Assembly: GCF_036321535.1 (NCBI RefSeq)
Contig: NC_087436.1
Location: 62,684,001-62,748,000 of the forward strand
Source: Camelus dromedarius
Lineage: Eukaryota
Length of the DNA: 64,000 bases
Direction of reading: 5' to 3'
Translations under genes and position numbers: made by a program
The notes under the pieces: generated by a model
The model's database searches: none
What the model was told of the DNA's origin: nothing
What the model saw: only the letters and a program-made list of their open reading frames with translations
Shown: positions 13,740-27,610 of the stretch, piece by piece
Layout of the letters: each line of letters opens with the position of its first letter
Numbering within the stretch: the stretch's first letter is position 1

Positions 13740-14440
13740 TTAACCACTTCTTTTCTCTAATTCACTCATCTCAGAAATTTGCACCACTATTTAACCAGTT
13801 GGTCAAGTAAAAGAATATATTGAGTCATTTTCTGACTCTCAAAGTCTCCAAGTCTGACCTTTACTCTGAACTGTAAACCAGTGCTGTTCAATTGAAACTT
13901 CTGCAATGGCAAACATGTTCTATGTCTGTACTATCCAATATGGTAGCTAACTGCTCCTCGTTCCTATTTAGCTCTTGAGATGCAACTAGTGTAAATGAGG
14001 AATTGAATTAATTTTATTTAATTAAAGTTAATTTAAATTTAAATATCCACATGTGGCTAATAGTGACCATACTGGATGTTGTAGCTTGAGACATACATAA
14101 CCAATTACCTAATGTATATTTTCTCTTGGATATGCTGTAAGAATCTCAAATTTAATAGCCACTGGATTCAGGGCTCTGATTTCTCTGGCCCACATACTGC
14201 CTTGGGTTTTCTCACTTCCCTATTCATCTCTTTATTTATACTACTAAAATTTGACGACACTATCACTCTATTATTTTATCCTCTATTCAGTGGATTATGT
14301 ATTTTTCTTCTCTGTTTTCTTGATTATAATGTAAGAAATGTGAAGAAAGGATTTTTACCCATCTTTATCACCAATCTATCCAAGAATCTAGAATAGTGTC
14401 ATCATATAGTAATCATTATCTCATGAATAAATGAATGAAT
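13740..14440 (+). mobile_element. LINE-2 fragments (interrupted by MER3)
   Basis: ctccaagtctgacctttactctgaac|...|atacataaccaattaccta...tcttggatatg...atctcaaatttaa matches the L2 core. L2 3' end (gaataaatgaatgaat) at ~14424-14440. Confidence 0.65.
13879..14084 (+). mobile_element. MER3 (hAT-Charlie) DNA transposon
   Basis: cagtgctgttcaattgaaacttctgcaatg...tccaatatggtagc...tgaggaattgaattt...ttaatttaaatttaaatatccacatgtggcta...actggatgttgtag; ~206 bp, follows the MER3 consensus end to end. Confidence 0.9.
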
Positions 14441-14529
14441 AACATTTTTAAAGGAAGAATCACAATATTAGAGTCACAGACCAAGAGTTCCTGAGATTAA
14501 AAAGCAAGATGTTTATAGCTAGACATTAA

Positions 14530-14870
14530 TTGTACTGGATCTTCCTTTTATGAATACTCTATCCTCAGAGAAGAGACTGATTTAGCCTAAGTTCCCTCTT
14601 ATGTATAGGTAGATTGTAAGAATACCTATTTATTTTTTATTTATTTTTTTTACAGTTCTTTGGTAGGGAGGTAATTAGCTTTTACTTATTTTATTTGTTT
14701 TTAATGGAGGTAGTGGGGATTGGACCCAGAACCTCGTGCATACTAAGCACACACCCTACCACTGAGCTATACCCTCCCTGCTAAGAATACCTAATTTATA
14801 TAGTTATCTCAGTATCAGAATGATACAAAACTTGTGTATGGAATGTCATGAGTAAGTGTTGGCCATAATG
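14530..14870 (+). mobile_element. MIR SINE remnant, split by the vic-1 SINE
   Basis: Degenerate MIR core (cctaagttccctcttatgta...aataccta|...|tagtt...tcagaatgata) on both sides of the insertion. Confidence 0.45.
14629..14781 (-). mobile_element. Camelid vic-1-type tRNA-derived SINE with target-site duplication
   Basis: Minus strand: gggagggtatagctcagtggtagggtgtgtgcttagtatgcacgaggttctgggtccaatccccactacctccattaaaaac...ctaattacctccc, then A-rich tail. Pol III A box (tagctcagtgg) and degenerate B box (ggtccaatccc). TSD taagaataccta at 14617-14628 and 14782-14793. Confidence 0.9.
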
Positions 14871-17619
14871 ACAACAGTAATAATTGTTCTTTCGGTTTTA
14901 ACTTTGACATGATAGCTATCCTTAGCCAAGTTTCTTACATTTTGGGGGATCTATTTATTCATCTGCTCCATGAAGCTGTTGAATGTTTTTGATCTGTTTT
15001 TAAAAATAGCAAACCTAAACAGTTCTGAATACGAATTCATTCTCTAGTGCATATTTCAAAGGAACTAAAATTGTGCTAAATATGAACACATGATAAAACA
15101 TATACTTTTCTTCCCTCTATTCAGTATCTTTGATCAGTATTTTAGGAAACTGACATCGGTCTACCTCCTCAGTTTAAAATGCCTCAAGAAATCACAATAC
15201 TGACTACTTAAAATAACCAATTACTGCATATGTTCACTTTGCTGAGTTCAGACTTCAGGCTATTGGCATTATACAGTTTTCCTTAAGGTTTGATTATATT
15301 TTGCCTTTTGAAAATTTGTCTTAATAAATTTAACTTACAAATGAAAAAGACCAGAAGACATAATGATATCTGGGTTCAATTGGAAAGAGATTTTGTCATT
15401 TAATGATTCTATTTGGTATCTTTATAAGTAGCACAATGATGTCAACAGATCAAAAGCAAAATGACTTGAAATTCTGAGGCACAATATGTGTTACATTCAG
15501 AAAGCAATGAAAGAGAAGTGCACTTGGAGGAAAAAGATAGTGGGTTCACTTTGGACTGAGCAGTGGAAACCGTAACTGCTGCACCTGTCCTTTAATCATC
15601 AAGTTACAGTAGCAGGACCTGGCAGTTGGGTACAATGGACTATTTGCATTAAAAACCTGTCAATTTAAAATGCAATAAAAACAAAAAAAACAATAATACA
15701 TTTAAATTCAAACAGTCATCACAGCCCTGCAATAGCAATCAGTCATATTTACCAGGGGCTCGTATGTAATAATCCTCCTGATCCCTATATAATTACTAGC
15801 GTTGACTCTTGAATTATCAACAGCTCTCATGGTTTATTGCTTCATACTTGCTTAATAAGCATCTGCAATCAATAATCTTGCCACAGAGTAAGAGGCAACC
15901 AGCCAGCCAGGCCCAGGGTGTAAACACTGCAGAGGTGATCATTACATCGGTGTGAATGACAAGGAGGTGGCTGTGTTAATGGGAGAGTCATACAGTAAAG
16001 AGGTAATTTAGAAAATCTGCTTACTGGAATGTGTGAATCTTACCAGGCTGGTGGTGTCTCAACTATGGGGAACAGTCACTTCTGAAAACACATCTTCAGA
16101 TTCTTCCCAAGAGGTGCTTTCATGGTGATCATCAACTCCAGCAGCTTTTTCTATATCTTGCTATCAATGTAACACATTCAGTTTGCCTGAAATGCTTTTT
16201 ATCTAGCTGGAAAAGCAAACAGTTATTTTCTTCATTCATATAGCATATGATGGAGAACAGAAATTTATATGCAAATTTGAGTATTAGTGACATTTTGATG
16301 ACAAGAATTTAAGGACCAATTGTAGCTGTCAAAAATGTTTGAAAACCCCTATTAATGCCATTCACATGAAAAAATAAAATTGAAGATCCCAATGGAGAAA
16401 GTGTTGTAAGGATAACAGCAGCATATTGCTTGTTTTATGCAGTCTGCTGAATTCTAAATATTCCCAAGTTTTTCCAAAAGAAACAACTGACAGCACCATC
16501 AGACAATATCATTTAATGTTTAACCTTGTAAATATTAACTATGCTCATTGTTGCTATTATTTACAATTCACCATTTATCCATAACTTAGGAGACTTTCCA
16601 GAATACATTAAAAAAAACCCAAAAAAACTGTGCTTTTGCTCCCATAGCATTTGCATTAAGTAGATAATACAGGAAACTGATTACTTAAAAAATAAGGCTC
16701 AGAAGTGCTTGAATTCTTAATTAGAAGTGGAATTACAGATCCACTCAGTTACATTTTAAATAAACTTTAGCATAGTTCAGTGTTGTTACATGTGTTGCCT
16801 AGTACATTATTAGAAGATGCCCCCAGGTATTGGGTGCGGTTTGTTTCAGGGCTTAGTACCCAGCGGAGAGGAATGGTGTCTTACTGGCTTGTTCTAAAGA
16901 GCTGCTTGAGATCCTACTGGAGCCTTACCAAGGACGGGCTGAATGTGATAACCTTTTCAGGTGGCAGGGAATTGGAAGGGTGAAGGAAGTTTGCCATTAG
17001 AACATTTCACGAGAACTTTGATTCACTCAGACCCATTGTTTTTCAAACATATCAGGTACATTTCCTGCCTTTAAGTCTATACTCACTGATCACTCTCTTG
17101 ACTCGAATTTTCCTTTTTTTCATCTTAACTGACTTTACCTGACTGTCTGTCTCAAGAAACAGAGCTTCTCTCCACTCCCGACTTATCCCAATACATACTT
17201 TTGGAAAGGTTGTAACTTAACACATTTTAATTTACCTACTCATATATAAACATATCATATATCACTCATGTATAGATAATATATCATATATAATCACATT
17301 TCATTGAATATATTTTTTCTGGATTCCCCCCAAATCTCTAAGCTCCTTGATGATGACTGCAGAGCACAATGCCTTGTAAATAGAGGGTACAACATAAATG
17401 TTTTTTAGTGCACATAGAAGAAATCTTATTAGTGGGCTAGTGCATTTCAAGTCTCTAGTATAGAAATGTATGTATGACCATTTAAAGGGGGAGGTACATT
17501 TTGGGGCCTGTAAGGGTAAAACTTCAAAGCAAGGCCTCATTTTCTTTATATCCTTACATAACATTATTCAGTCCCTACATAGTGAAGGCTCTATTCTTTA
17601 TCAAGGTTTACTATATATA

Positions 17620-18510
17620 CATGGCCTTTCTTTTACTTAGCATAATGTTTTCAAAGCTCATCCATGTTGCAGCATGTATTAGTATTTGATTACTTTTTAT
17701 GGTTGAATGACGAATATCTCACTGGGTATACCAAATTTCATTTATCCATTTATCATCTGATGAACATTTGCGCAGAAGTTTTTTGCGTGGACGTATGTTT
17801 TAAATCTCTTGCACGCATAATTTAAGAGCAGAATTGTTGGATTACATAACTTTAAATTTTTGAGGAGAGGCTAAAGAGTTTTCCCAATTGCTGCTCCGTC
17901 TTACATTTCAGTAAGCAACTATGAGTATTCCATTTACCCTACATCCTAGCCAATACTATTGCCTATGTTTTTTTTTATTATAGCCATTCTAGCGGGTATA
18001 AAGTGGTATCTTTTTATGGCTTTGACTTACATTTCTCTAATAACCATGGTGTTCAGCATCTTTTCACCTGCTTATTGGTCCTCTGTATATCAGCCTTAGA
18101 GAAATGAAGAAATACATTATGTATTTTTAATTAGGTTATTTGTCTTTTGATTGTTGAGTTATAAAAATTCTTCAAATGTTCTGGATACCAGGCCCTTATT
18201 AGATATATAATTTGCAAAATTATCTCCAATTTTGTGGATTGTCTTTTCACTTTCTTGATAGTGTCCTTTGAAGCACAGAAGTCATATTTATCTATTTTTC
18301 TTTGTTTGCTTGTACTTTTTTTGTAATGTCTGAGAAACCATTGCTTAATCAAAAGTTACAAAGATTTACACCTATTTTTTTCTTCTTCTAATAATTTTAT
18401 AATTTTAGCTCTTGTATTTAGGGCTTTCATCTGCATTGAGTTAAATTTGTATATGGTATAAAGCAGGCATTTAAATTACCTCTTGAATGTGGACATTGAG
18501 GTCTCCCATT
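17620..18510 (-). mobile_element. LINE-1 (L1MB-like) ORF2 3' part and 3'UTR
   Basis: cttagcataatgttttcaaagctcatccatgttgcagcatgt; tagccattctagcgggtataaagtggtatct; ORF 18131-18352 (FCASKDTIKKVKRQSTK) is ORF2-like. Confidence 0.85.
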
Positions 18511-18759
18511 ATACACAGCTGGATTCATTAATGTGCCCATACCAGCTAGTTTTTGTTAAGTCACTATGGTAAAGTTAGCTTGCTAAAAAAGCAAAATGAA
18601 ACTGTCAAATGCAGGTATTAACCAAACTGATAAACTAAATTTTTTTTCCGTAAGATTGCATCTATCATTGAGAATCTAACATAATAATTATTTACTTGAG
18701 AATGTAAACATGCACACATTCAAATCAATACTCCTATATATTATATTCATATTCTTTGG

Positions 18760-19279
18760 GTAAATAGCAAATTACCAGAGTGGCATAAAATAGTTATTGT
18801 CTCATAGTGCCTGTGGGTCAAGATTCTGAGAATGAATTATCTGTGTCCTCTGCTAAGGGTATGACCAGTCTGAGATCAGAATATTGGCTGAGGGTATAAT
18901 TTCATCTCAAATTTGAGATCCTCTTCCAAACTTTCTGAGTGTTGGCAGAATTTTGTTTTTTGTAGTTTTGGTATCAACGGCCCTATTTTCTTGGGAGATG
19001 TTAGCAAAGCACCACTCTTTTTGCCACCTTCCCCTTCCCATAAGTCCTCTCATATTATAGCTTATATCTTCAAGCCCAGCAAGATGATTCCTTCTAACTC
19101 TGCTATAATAGTCTTTTAAATGTCTATCCCATTACCTTTGTCAAATAATGTAATCTAATCAAGAGAGTGAATATACATAATTCACAGGGCCACCTGAACT
19201 CAAGGCAAGTGGTTATACAGAGCATACACACCAGGAGACGGGAACCTTGAGGGCGTATCTTAGACTTCTACCTACCACA
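18760..19279 (-). mobile_element. MaLR solo LTR (MLT1E/F/G-like)
   Basis: ttattgtctcatagtgcctgtgggtcaagattctg...cttccaaactttctgagtgttggcagaatt...cttagacttctacctaccaca (reverse of the tgtggtaggcagaa...ctaagat MLT1E start). Confidence 0.75.
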
Positions 19280-19684
19280 TCTGTATTTTTATCTCTCAGA
19301 AGTTGTAATTTTATAGATGAGTTTAGGTCATTCCTTACTATTACCACAGTTGTCATGATGTCTGACAATATGGATGGCCCCCACGCTACTCTTCTTGCTT
19401 GAGCTAAAGCTGTTTATTCCTTGATTTGTTCAAAGCTTCTTCATCTGGTTAGAATGACAAACGCAACTAGACCTACATGCTGAATCCATCATCTAAACTA
19501 GTAGAAACTACAAGAGGCTTTCAATTGTATCTTAACAGGAGCATTTGAAGTACTACCCCAAATATGTACATTCAGACTGTCAGGTTCTCCCAGGGCAAAA
19601 CAAAGATAGGAGAGTTAGGAGGAATAGCGTGAGAATTTTAATGTTGTTACTTTCTATCTTCTCCCTACTAATGTAAATTTTAAA

Positions 19685-19860
19685 ATTTTAATGAAGTAAA
19701 ACAAATATGTATAAGTACATAAACCAAAAGCATGGGACTAAATCAGTCTTCACAAGGTGAAAACACAAATATAACCACCAACTCCATCAAGAAATAGAAT
19801 CCAGAATATGTACCTCAGAAACTTTTGAGACCCATCCTATTACTACATTATCCAGAGAAA
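19685..19860 (-). mobile_element. Old L1 (L1MC4/L1ME-like) 3' fragment
   Basis: ttcacaaggtgaaaacac...taaccaccaactccatcaagaaatagaa...cctcagaaact motif typical of old L1 3'UTR antisense. Confidence 0.5.
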
Positions 19861-20019
19861 TAATATGTATTTCCTTCCTCTTTGTATTGCTGTAGAAAGA
19901 GATGATCAGGTTTTTGTAACCACAACCATGCCCAAAAATGGTTCTTAGCAAATACTTCCACTTATTAAATCTAGCAGTCAATGTTCAATCCAAATCTTGC
20001 TTGAAATACAAGCTGCACT

Positions 20020-21270
20020 GAACATGGTTTAATACTCTCTTCTGAAAACATACTCTGCACATGGCTTCCAGGACTCTACTTTTGCATCATTTCCTCTGGT
20101 TGTGTTTTTCTCAGTCTCCTTTGCAGAGTCACTTCCATGTATACATTTTCTTTTACATTGGAGTTCCCTAGCCTTCTACTCTTGACATTTTAATCTTTAT
20201 GTCTATACTAATTCCCTAAAATGTGTGTCATTAATAGCATGCCCTTACATGCATCTAAGTGCTGATTACTTAAATTTGTATCTCTAGGCCAGGCATCTGT
20301 CTTGGAATTTCTAGAGTTACAAATACAACTGACCACTTAAAATTTTCACCTGAGTGTCTAGTAGGCTTCTAAAACTTCCTTTTCCAATATAGTTATCTCA
20401 TCCATCATCAATCCCCAACAACTCTATCCTCACATTCTTTCTCATGGCAATTTCTTCATTCAGTGCAAAAAAAAAAAAGATATTTGACTTTCCTTTTTCA
20501 CTTTGACAAATATTATCCTTCAGATAATGCTGTTGGATTTATATTCATAATATACCCACTTTTCACCATCTCTATTGCTGCCTCTGTTTCAACCCATCAG
20601 TATCTCTCTCATGATTTTTTCAGTAGGCTCCTAATTGTCTCCCTGCTTTCATCTTCATGCTTCGTTAGTCTGGTGTCGACACAGCAGTCAAATTGATCTT
20701 ATTAAAAAGTAAGTTAGATCATATTACTTCCTTGCTTACAGCTCTTTAGTTGCTGACTTTATTCATGGAAAATTCAAATTTCTCTTTTGTCCTCTAAGGC
20801 TCTACGTGACTTGGTTCCATTGTTTCTCTGAGCTTGTCTCCTACTAGTCTATCCTTTCACACTATTTCATCCACACTTGCCTCCTCTCAACTTCTAGACG
20901 CATGCACGCTTCTTCTTAAGTCTTTGTACTCGTTATTCCAGATATCCATAGGGCATCCCTCACTTCCTTAAATTTAACTCAAAGATCATTTTCTCAAAGA
21001 GATCTTCCATAGGTATCCTAGCAAAAATTTAAACCTCTCCTTGGAGACATCACATATCCCCATACAAAACCTCATGTTTTTCTCCTTGCTATTTGCCATT
21101 CTCAAGCTATATTTTTTCTACTTATGTAATATACCTTCCCATCATTAAAATGTAGGCTATGAGTATAGAGATTTTTGTCTGCCCAGTTTACTGCTGCTTC
21201 TCAAGCACAAAAAACAGTGGCTGCTGTTTTTAATGGGAGCCCCAAAAACATTTTTATATGAATTTATACA
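20020..21270 (+). mobile_element. LINE-2 (L2a-like) 3' portion
   Basis: ttctcagtctcctttgcag; gctgattacttaaatttgtatctctaggccag; aggctcctaattgtctccctgcttt; aagttagatcatattacttccttgctta; 3' end aaatgtaggctatgag...gatttttgtctg...actgctgcttctcaagcac. Confidence 0.8.
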
Positions 21271-24200
21271 TTTTACTCAGTGGCCCAACATAGCATTTCA
21301 ATACTTCATAATTAAGTCTCCCTTACAACTATAATGAATGTCTTTTCAGCATAGTAGCTCACACATGGTTGAGGGTTTTCTGTCCTCTTTGTATTGCCAT
21401 TCAAAGTGTGATCGAGTGTGCTTTTGAACACAGTGTAAGCTAACAGTGACACATTCTGCTCCTTGCAAAGAACAGGATTGATGTTTGGAGTGAGTTATTA
21501 GGAAGTTCATGGTGGCCATAAACGTAGGTAAGCCAAGCCCTAGACCCTCATTCATCCATACAGCAGTAGTAAAACTCTTACTTTTATGGGTACCAATGTG
21601 ACACCTTTGTCTAGCTCTTAACCGATTTTGCATTTAGAATAGGAAGATGGATGGGTGCTTAATAGTGAACCCTAAGAAATAAAACCCATTGAGAAATAGA
21701 TATTGACTGGAATTCCCTGTGTAAAGTACCATATACCACATCACCAAGTAGATGGCTTTAATTTTTAGTACTTTTATAAATCTGAATCTTGTAGTTTTAT
21801 CTCAATGGTTTGTTAGCTATTCATAATGAGACAGGATTTTTCACTACTATACATCAAATGTGTGGGCCTAAAAAGTAAAGTCCAGGTAGGCTTCTCTAGC
21901 TTAATCTAAATCATTATTTAGGTTTTTTAAATAAGCAGTTATGGTTGAGGCAAAGATTATGTTAAGGGGAAAAAAAATAACATTTTATTACTTACAAAAA
22001 CTCACATCCAAGACTGTCTCAGATGGGCATATGAGGTTTCTAGGAAGTAATGAAATAGGGCTTTTTTTTTTTTTTTTTTGCTTGTTTACACTTAATTCCC
22101 AGATCTGCAGTCTGGATTTTAGCCCACAGAGCATTCTGTTGTGTGTTTTGTGCCAGGCAAAGGTAAGCAGTGTTAGACAAACTGTTTGAATATCTATCTA
22201 TATGATACTTTAATATGTAATGAGGAAGGAAATGGTGGAAGAATAAATTACGGAGTTATGGGTTTGTCCTTAGCTCACTAAACCCTACTTGTGACCATTA
22301 CTACATCAGAGACTGAGTGGCTTCCCCAGTAGAAAAGACATTAACTTTATTAATTCAAACAAATGATGTATCATATTATAAAGAGAATGTTCTGTCATTA
22401 AGGGTCAAGATTGAAAAAAGATACAAATTCTCTAAACCCTGAAATTTATGTCAAGCCCTTTAATGCTCTTTTCTGAAAAATAGATTTTTGCTCTGAAAAT
22501 CAATTACATTGGTTTTTAAATATCAAAATAGCAGTAATGAATATCTCATTTGTTCTTCTCAAAAGAGTATTTTATTGCCTCTCAGATTTTATCACTAATA
22601 AATACACCTTTTGTGGAGCCTTGTAGATGGACAGTTGATGTGTGTGTTAAAGGAAAGACATGTTACAGATAATCTTTTATTTCTACACTTCCCTGTCTAG
22701 CTGAACATTCCCTAGCTTGATCGATTGTAATATAAACAAATCCAAAGGATCCAGGATAGTTAGATTTCTCTTCAGTCTCCAAGTTGGAGGACGTTACCCT
22801 TTTCTGATATCTTCTGATAAGATGTAAGCTATCTGCAACCTTAGTCAGCTCTGATACGCTATCCAATGTTTAGAAAAGCAACCATGCTGCAGCAGGAAGA
22901 AGTATCCTGGCTCATAGATACTGGCTTACTGGAATGTCAGTATCTAATTTTACAAACCTTCAAAACTGTTCCTTAAAAAAAGCTTCAAGTTTGGAAAAAA
23001 GTTCATGTTTTCCAACAAACAGATTTGGGTTAAGCTCTTCATCAGGTTATCTGAGATTGGATGAACCAGAACTCATGACAATGCAGTAGTGGCAGATAAG
23101 GAAAGTCTGGAAAAAGTCCAGGATAAGCAACCAAAAAGCCCTTGATTAATTACATCAGAATTCCTGCTCTACTTACTCTCCAAAGTAATTGCTGAAGCTA
23201 ATAAATGTCCTCTCATTTTAGGTACAGTGAGGCTACTTTCTGTTCAAGTAATCTTAATAGTCAAGTAGTTGATGCATCCCTTGGAAAAATAGAATTTAAG
23301 AAGAGACTAAGTCACCATCCTGTTGTGAAAATGTCCCAGAAGCATTTGTCACATAAGCTTTCTAAATGTAGACTACATTACTTCAGATCTCCTTTAAGCC
23401 CTTAAAACTTCTGTTCCGACCACAACCATTATTCCAACCACAGCAATTCTATCATTAACACACAATTAAGGGGCCACCGTGTGTAAAGTAGTTCAGTCTA
23501 CAGAATCATCTGACCTCCCCTCATTACAAAAAAAAAAAAAAGTTGCATTTTAAAATAAGTCATGTGTCTTTCAACTTTCTTTCATTTCACTTTCCAGGCA
23601 GTTCCACATCACAGTATCTCTCCTTAGAACTTGGAATTCCTTTCCTGTTACCTCTTCCTGCTTTGACAGTTTCTCCTGTGTTAGAGCTCTGTGGAGATGC
23701 TTCATATTTTATTCTAGCTTCTGTCACTTGCTTGACACAGCATTTCTAAATCAAAAGCATACTGCATATTCATGTTTCTCAGAGAGTTTTGGGCGTTTTG
23801 GTTACAATTCTTCTTTATGTAGGGATGCCCCTTTTATTATTATAAAAGGGTTACTGTTCCTGACCCTACCCACAAGATTTTATTGCATTTACCTACAAGT
23901 GCAACATCCAAAAATGCTTCCATTCTTTCTCAGATGCCGTTTACAAGAGTGATGCCCTCCAAGCTTGACAAACACTACATCTAAACATAAACTAAATCAC
24001 AAGCCGACTTCTAGTCTTACAATGAAGCAGTACATCCTCCAAAATTCATATTTTGCTAGTTAACAGGCCCTGGAGACACTGTTTCTACTATCGTATCATA
24101 AAAAAAAAGCCCGTTTGCAATAAATAGATGTAATGTCAAATTGGATTCTGACTCCACTGACTTCCCCAAATTGAAAAATGTTGCTTCACATGTACAACTT

Positions 24201-24949
24201 AAAACAGTAGCTAAACACTTAAGATTGCTTTCCCTTGAGGATACTGGTTCATGGAAATAATGTCACCAAAATTAAGAGAAAGGATATGAGACAACTAAAG
24301 ATATATTAACCGGTAAATCTGACAAATTTAACTTTCAGATAGATTTCAATTTTTTAATTTGAATACAAAATCATAAAAGTTGAGGACAGAAAGGCTACTC
24401 TGAAATGCAGTTTGGTTGGTTTTATTTGTTTAGCAAAAAAAAAAAAATCTGACAATTTGGATTTCTTCTGCCTTTTCTTTAAAATTTCTGGGTAATTTGA
24501 AAGATTACTGTTTTTTAAGTATATCCTCATTTCACTTTATGCTACTAAAGTTTTTGCAAATCAGTTTTGGTCACTGACAAACTGAAGAGGAAATGGAATT
24601 ACTGATGAAACCAGTTTCTTCAAAAATTCTGAAGAATTTCTCATTATAAATTGAAATCTTACTTGTAAATGTAAAACAGAATACAGTGCAATAGAGGAAC
24701 ATGCACCTGACTGTACCATAAACATGACATTAGCTTGTATCCAAATGTGTTTCTGAGTGAGGAGAAAGACTATAGGCTTAAGTTCAAGAGAATGCCGGGT
24801 TTGTATTTTGCTAGCTCTGTGGGGTTATATTTTTATATCTCCAGGAGAATAGCCTTATCATTCTATAAGTATTTATATAAATACTTACGGTGTTAAAATG
24901 TTTTAGAAGATATCTAAATTATCAAAAAGAATATAAAGAGCAACTTCAT

Positions 24950-25190
24950 AATTATGTCTACAATTTGCTGAATACTGTTATGTCCCAGGCATTATCTACT
25001 TTACTATATATTTATTTCCATTTCTATCACACGTCTAAATACTTCTCATTTAATCCTTATTACAACAACTGAAGGTATCTCTTAGGTCTTCATTGAACAA
25101 AAGAATCAAGGCTTAGAAAAATTAACTTTTCAAATATCACCCAAAGAGTAAGCTTCAGAGCCCAATATTTGTTTGTAGATCTGTGTATTT
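24950..25190 (-). mobile_element. MIR SINE
   Basis: tgaatactgttatgtcccaggca...ctcatttaatccttattacaacaactgaagg...aaggcttagaaaaattaa...cacccaaagagtaag. Confidence 0.65.
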
Positions 25191-25312
25191 CTAAGTAATT
25201 TCTTTTAAACTGTATACTATTAAAGTTAGAAATATAATAAACCCTTAATTGTACCAACAAATTTGAGAAGATACAGGGTTCTAGAAAACAGAGACCAGCA
25301 TTAGTTACTTAC

Positions 25313-25415
25313 CTGGCACAGTTATGTTGATAATTATGAAAATGTTTGCTTCTAGGCCTGCTTGCTTCTCTGTGGTCTCCTTGTTTAAACCTCAGAATTT
25401 CCTGTATCATTGAAA
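25313..25415 (-). other. Candidate internal exon (103 bp) of an unannotated, probably non-coding, minus-strand transcript
   Basis: Minus strand: ccctctcttttcttcag| acceptor and ccag|gtaagt donor, in non-repeat DNA. No homology recognised. Confidence 0.3.
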
Positions 25416-27479
25416 CTGAAGAAAAGAGAGGGCCTATTCTTATGTAAGAAATTAATTTCTAATGTTTTTTAATTACAATTTATGTGCTTAATTTGAGTAA
25501 CATGGAAAAGACAGATTTTAAAAAGTAGATAGATGTAAGTAATAAAAATTTAAGATTAAAATCACATAATGCCATTTAGCTATAATCCCTGCTGCTATGC
25601 AGACTTCCGGAAAAGAGCTAGGTTACAGAATCCGGCACCTTTGACAGAGTATATAGCACTGCCTTTTATTTTTTGATAAAATATTTTCACACCATTAAAG
25701 AATTATGGTGTTTGACATTATATTCACATCACAGTGAACTATACTAAACATCTTGTGGTTTTAAGGCATGTGGGTAAAAAGTTTTGAGGTTGACCTTTTG
25801 TAAAAATCTGTACAGCCTTGGATCATTTAAAAGACTCATTAGAACTCATGCTAGGATCTAATTCAACTATAATGTTTATGTTGTATAGTTTAAACCTTTT
25901 ATTTTCAGACATTACCAAATATGTATGATAAATTAAAAATTATGTCTCAATAGCAAACTATAGAGATTCTAATTTAAAGAATGCCTGTATCACTTGTAGT
26001 GAAAACCATTTTAAGCACTTTGAAATTTTGGCAGATATTATAGATACTCTTGAATTTTTAAGAGTTAAAAAATATTATACAAAAATATCTTGATAAACAT
26101 TTATTCCAGCTTATATTCTCAATTATGAGTAGCATCTTAAGCAAGAATAAATTCTTTTTTCCCTGTTTTCTTTACAAATGTTTAACAACTTTTGTAATAA
26201 CCTTGTGGTAGGCTTAGTGTATTTCATTAGTTTTCACTTAATCGAATGGAAATGAATTTAAGAATAAACAACATAATTATAAAAATTATTTTCTTTTGGA
26301 ATAAATTTGTACCTACCTTTATTCGATATTAAAGGTGCTTTATAAGTACAAATGTGTATAACTGAATTACTTTAAGCCTGTAACAATTTTGCCTATGTCA
26401 ACCTCCCAATTAATTATATACATGAAATAACTCTAGGCTATTTGTCATCCAACTTAAATTTTCCTTCAACAAAAGGCGTTTTAATATAGTCAAAGGTTAC
26501 TGAATATAAAGGCTATATTAGAAAAATAAATACCAGTGTTTTACTGAAGACAGATTCATTAAAGCCTTCATGATGGAATGACAACATGATAGATCACAAT
26601 ACATATAAATTTTATATACATAAATTATATACATAGCATGTATATTATATATAAAATATACAGTAATATTAATATTATAAAATTATTTACAACATAACAG
26701 TTGATCTTTAGTATCTGATTTTTAAGTTTTTTATAGCAATGATGTATTTGCTTATGCATCCAAATATTTTTTTTCAGATTATTTGTGATATACATGGTTG
26801 TCAGATTGGTTCTTTAGAACAATGAAAAATAAGAAATTTGTATTTATTAAATTTGAAATATGGCATCACTTAGAAAGTTTTAATAAAGCAGATTTTAAAA
26901 CTATGTCACTTCTCCTAATTAGTAGGATTTAAATATTAGAGAATAAAATTCTCATCAGAAATATTTGCTGTCATCAGTAAGATTAAATTTAATAATAGTT
27001 TTGCTAACTCTAATTATGAAATAGTTTGAAAGCAATTGCTAGTGCCCATACAAATTAACATACAATGCAGTAGTACAGCTTCACATTTTCTTCCTGAAGC
27101 TCACAACTCTTTCTATCAAAATCAAACAAAGGGTGGATGGTTGGGGAAGGGGCTGAGGAGCTGCAGGGCACTCATGTCTTCCATGGCTGACCTCAAACTT
27201 GGGCTCCCCCCAAAACTTTAAAAACAAAACAAAAAAAAACCCCAAAAACATACAAAACAGCATTCCCTTTCATTGATTCCTCAAAAATAGATACTTTGGG
27301 AAAATAGATTAAATTTGAAAGGAGATAGGATATTTGAAAATTGTATCTTGTCAAAAAAAAATTCTGATTTTGACCATTTTACTTTGGTCATAATATTTGT
27401 ACAAAATAAATGCTCACTGAAATTTAGGATAAATTAACACAGTATTGTAATCTTACTCTCAAATTATTAAAAGGAAGGA

Positions 27480-27610
27480 GTTTGATAAAGCAAGCAACTG
27501 AAAAAATGCAAACAATTTTTGAATCTGGAAAAAGGGTGTAAAGTAGTTTACTATTGTAGTGTTCTTGCACTTACTCTTTGTTTGAAATACTGACCAAAAA
27601 AAAGTTTAAA
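27480..27610 (+). mobile_element. Old L1ME 3' terminus
   Basis: ataaagcaa...aaaatgcaaacaatttttgaatctgga...gtttactattgtagtgttcttgcactt...gtttgaaata. Confidence 0.5.

Noticed and set aside
14700..14781. tRNA-like sequence on the minus strand
   Set aside because: It is the head of a SINE (A-rich tail, TSD, damaged B box), not a tRNA gene.
25602..25640. ETS motif acttccgg and a second ccgg nearby
   Set aside because: Isolated motif with no CpG-island context.
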